The notes under the pieces are model-generated. The model did no database searches. It saw only the letters and a program-made list of their open reading frames with translations, and was not told the origin of the DNA. Shown in pieces: positions 32,647-34,547 of a stretch of DNA of 34,547 nt. The stretch comes from Christensenella sp. UBA7868 (GTDB lineage: Bacteria; Bacillota; Clostridia; Christensenellales; UBA1242), in contig DLSG01000110.1 in the NCBI GenBank assembly GCA_002501285.1, positions 1 to 34,547 on the forward strand, in the 5' to 3' direction. A program made the translations under genes and the position numbers. The stretch's first letter is position 1. Every line of letters starts with the position of its first letter.

Positions 32647-32676
32647 ATTATAAGGTATGAAATTTTACAAAGTCAA
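32647..32676 (-). promoter_or_regulatory. Near-consensus sigma-A-type promoter for the regulator gene
   Basis: On the minus strand, TTGACT (32676-32671), an 18-nt spacer, then TATAAT (32652-32647). The predicted transcription start is near 32640. Confidence 0.65.
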
Positions 32677-32691
32677 AGTTTAGTGCCAAAA

Positions 32692-32721
32692 TTTTGTAAA
32701 AAATTACATTTTTTTACAAAA
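32692..32721. promoter_or_regulatory. Perfect 12-bp inverted repeat, TTTTGTAAAAAA-N6-TTTTTTACAAAA, a candidate operator
   Basis: Arms at 32692-32703 and 32710-32721. A third copy of the core TTTTACAAA lies at 32663-32671 and overlaps the -35/spacer of the promoter. Confidence 0.4.
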
Positions 32722-32925
32722 ACCCACATAAATCGACATTTCAGTATATTTAAAGTATAAAAAACCCTTTTGTTCAACACTTTCTAAAATAATTTACGCA
32801 GTATCGCATTACATTACTTTTCTAGCAAAGAAATTAATCATATAATTTTAAAAACAATAAAACTCGTTTATAAAATTAATAATTTTGTCAAAATTTAAAA
32901 ATATATATACATTTATTAAACTTTT

Positions 32926-32934
32926 TGGTATAAT
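32926..32934 (+). promoter_or_regulatory. Extended -10 promoter (TGgTATAAT) 6 nt upstream of the ATG at 32941, suggesting a leaderless mRNA
   Basis: Reads ...CTTTTTGGTATAATAAATGTATG. There is no SD. Confidence 0.5.
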
Positions 32935-32940
32935 AAATGT

Positions 32941-34547
32941 ATGAAAAAATTTTTATTATCACTTTTCATATTGCTTCAAGTATTGTTTATTCCAATTCCT
33001 TTAAACAATACTATTTATGCTGAAAATCAGATGCTTTCAGATTTTTCATCAAATAATTATTCAAATTTTACAATTTTATCTCAAACCGAATTTTATTGCG
33101 TAGATAATCAAACAAATCAAGTTGTACACTATAAAAACGGAAACACAACATCTTTTGGAAAATATGGCGAAGAAAGCGGTGAATTTGCACAAATTAAAAA
33201 ATTATTAATATTAAAAAACGGAGAGATTGTTGTTTTCGACAATCTAAACAAACTTCACTTTTTTGATAATAACTCAAATTTTCTTTCAACCATTACATCA
33301 ACTAAAATTGACAATTCCCTAACCCCACTAGGACAAGTGTATGATATTCAATCCGACATCTATTCAAATGTATATTTACTAGACTCAACCAATAACTATA
33401 TTTTAAAAGCGTCAAGTGACAGTAAAAATTTTAGCGTTGTAAGTTCAACCACGCTAAACAGCAATACAAAATTCACGATTCTAAACAATTCTCAAAATTT
33501 TGTTATTTTAGACGATTGCAAACTTCAAAGTGGTGAAAATCAAATTTCACTAGAAATTGCCCCAAAAAGTTTGTTTACTGATGCTAAAAATTACATCTAT
33601 CTTGTTTATGATGAAAAAATAGAAAAATATAATCAAAACTTAACATTAATAACCAAACTCGAAATTAATTTAGGAGAAAATTATTCTATAAACCTAGAAA
33701 ATGGTGAAATCTATTATTTTCAAGATGCAGAAATTAAAACTCTTAAAGATTTTGCTTCAAATCTAGAAGATTACACTCCCCCAATAGATGTCAAAAACAA
33801 AACTCCATTATCTGAAAATATTGTAATTTTAACGCCATTAAGACAAGTAAATTTACTATCAAACCCTTATTCCAGCAAAACACTTAAAGTTTTAAACACC
33901 CAAGACAAATTAATTCTACTTGCAAAAACACAAGATTTTGAAACTCAATTTTGTTATGTTATGTATCAAAATGCAAACGAAACTTTCACAGGTTTTATTG
34001 AAGAGCGTTATCTAACGACACTTGAAATACCTTTAAAAAATGAAGAAATTATTTCGGTACGAAACGATGTTCCATATTACAAATATCCAAATGCAAAAAT
34101 CGATTACAAAATTTCAAATTTCACAGAAAGCACTCTTTCTATGCTAAACGAATTTGAACTTGACGGCATAACGTATTATCAAATCAAATTAAACGATTTT
34201 GTTGTCTTTGCAAAATCTGATGATTTTATAAGTTCAGACATTTCATGGGTAAATGTTTACTTAATTACAAATGCTCAAATTGCACCATATAACAACGAGA
34301 ATGTCACCTTATATCTTGATGAAAACAAAACTGAAATTTTAACTACATTAAACACAACGCAAAATGTAAAATTACTTGAAAAGCAATCAAACGGATTATC
34401 AAAAATTCAAGTGCTTTATAGCAACGAAATTGTTTCGTGTTATGTTGAAACAAAATTTATTGTTCCAAACAACGATTTATCTTTGCCACTAACTATTGTT
34501 TTAAGTTTAATTTGCTTAATAACAATAACAGTATTACTTATTAAATT
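32941..34547 (+). CDS. Secreted protein (535 or more aa; the frame runs to the window end without an in-frame stop) with a signal peptide, a beta-propeller/NHL-like region, about three SH3b-like domains and a TM helix at the end of the window. Not in the supplied ORF track.
   Basis: I translated the frame by hand. An in-frame TAA lies upstream at 32917, the first ATG is at 32941, and no stop follows to 34547. The N-terminus is 'MKKFLLSLFILLQVLFIPIPLNNTIYA'. SH3b-like motifs include 'FCYVMYQNANETFTGFIEERYL', 'ITYYQIKLNDFVVFAKSDDF' and 'KIQVLYSNEIVSCYVETKFI'. The final residues 'LPLTIVLSLICLITITVLLIK' are hydrophobic. Confidence 0.7.
   Translation, partial: MKKFLLSLFILLQVLFIPIPLNNTIYAENQMLSDFSSNNYSNFTILSQTEFYCVDNQTNQVVHYKNGNTTSFGKYGEESGEFAQIKKLLILKNGEIVVFDNLNKLHFFDNNSNFLSTITSTKIDNSLTPLGQVYDIQSDIYSNVYLLDSTNNYILKASSDSKNFSVVSSTTLNSNTKFTILNNSQNFVILDDCKLQSGENQISLEIAPKSLFTDAKNYIYLVYDEKIEKYNQNLTLITKLEINLGENYSINLENGEIYYFQDAEIKTLKDFASNLEDYTPPIDVKNKTPLSENIVILTPLRQVNLLSNPYSSKTLKVLNTQDKLILLAKTQDFETQFCYVMYQNANETFTGFIEERYLTTLEIPLKNEEIISVRNDVPYYKYPNAKIDYKISNFTESTLSMLNEFELDGITYYQIKLNDFVVFAKSDDFISSDISWVNVYLITNAQIAPYNNENVTLYLDENKTEILTTLNTTQNVKLLEKQSNGLSKIQVLYSNEIVSCYVETKFIVPNNDLSLPLTIVLSLICLITITVLLIK

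Larger units (their letters stand above)
22376..32676 (-). mobile_element. Phage-derived packaging/head/short-tail/lysis gene cluster of about 10 kb. It may be a defective prophage, a satellite or a GTA-like element. No integrase, replication, long-tail or endolysin genes are seen.
   Basis: Gene content and order are given in the individual features. The cluster is bounded by promoter 32647-32676 and terminator 22376-22415. Confidence 0.65.

Overview
The window is AT-rich (roughly 30% G+C by eye, not computed) and uses the standard genetic code. TGA is a real stop at 22355-22357 and Trp is encoded by TGG. It looks like chromosome from a low-GC Firmicutes or Mollicutes-related bacterium, and nearly everything is transcribed on the minus strand. 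There are four blocks. (1) 357-10476 holds a 3123-aa surface protein and a 222-aa gene upstream of it. Both start with a TasA/camelysin-like N-terminus carrying a SipW-type signal peptide. The giant protein continues with six BspA/DUF285-type leucine-rich-repeat modules and two tandem C-terminal lectin-like domains. (2) 10715-21325 is housekeeping-like: an O-methyltransferase translationally coupled to RNase J, two multi-pass membrane proteins, a glutamyl-tRNA synthetase, a DUF1858/membrane/lipoprotein operon, an SPFH-like Zn-ribbon protein and a PRC-barrel protein. (3) 21388-32676 is a compact phage-derived unit. It has an XRE regulator, a SLOG/DUF1273 protein and an ArpU/sigma-region-4-like regulator with a near-consensus promoter and palindromic boxes. 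These are followed by TerL, a small TerS-like protein, portal, scaffold, HK97-like capsid, three to four small or medium structural candidates and two holins. No integrase, replication genes, long-tail genes, fibres or endolysin are visible. I consider this the most interesting system: a roughly 10-kb podovirus-like (P22/T7-syntenic) particle and lysis cassette that may be GTA-like, a satellite or a domesticated element. (4) 32941-34547 is an open reading frame missing from the supplied track because it has no stop in the window. It encodes a secreted SH3-like membrane-anchored protein and appears to be leaderless. All family assignments rest on motif recognition and gene order only. No searches were run.
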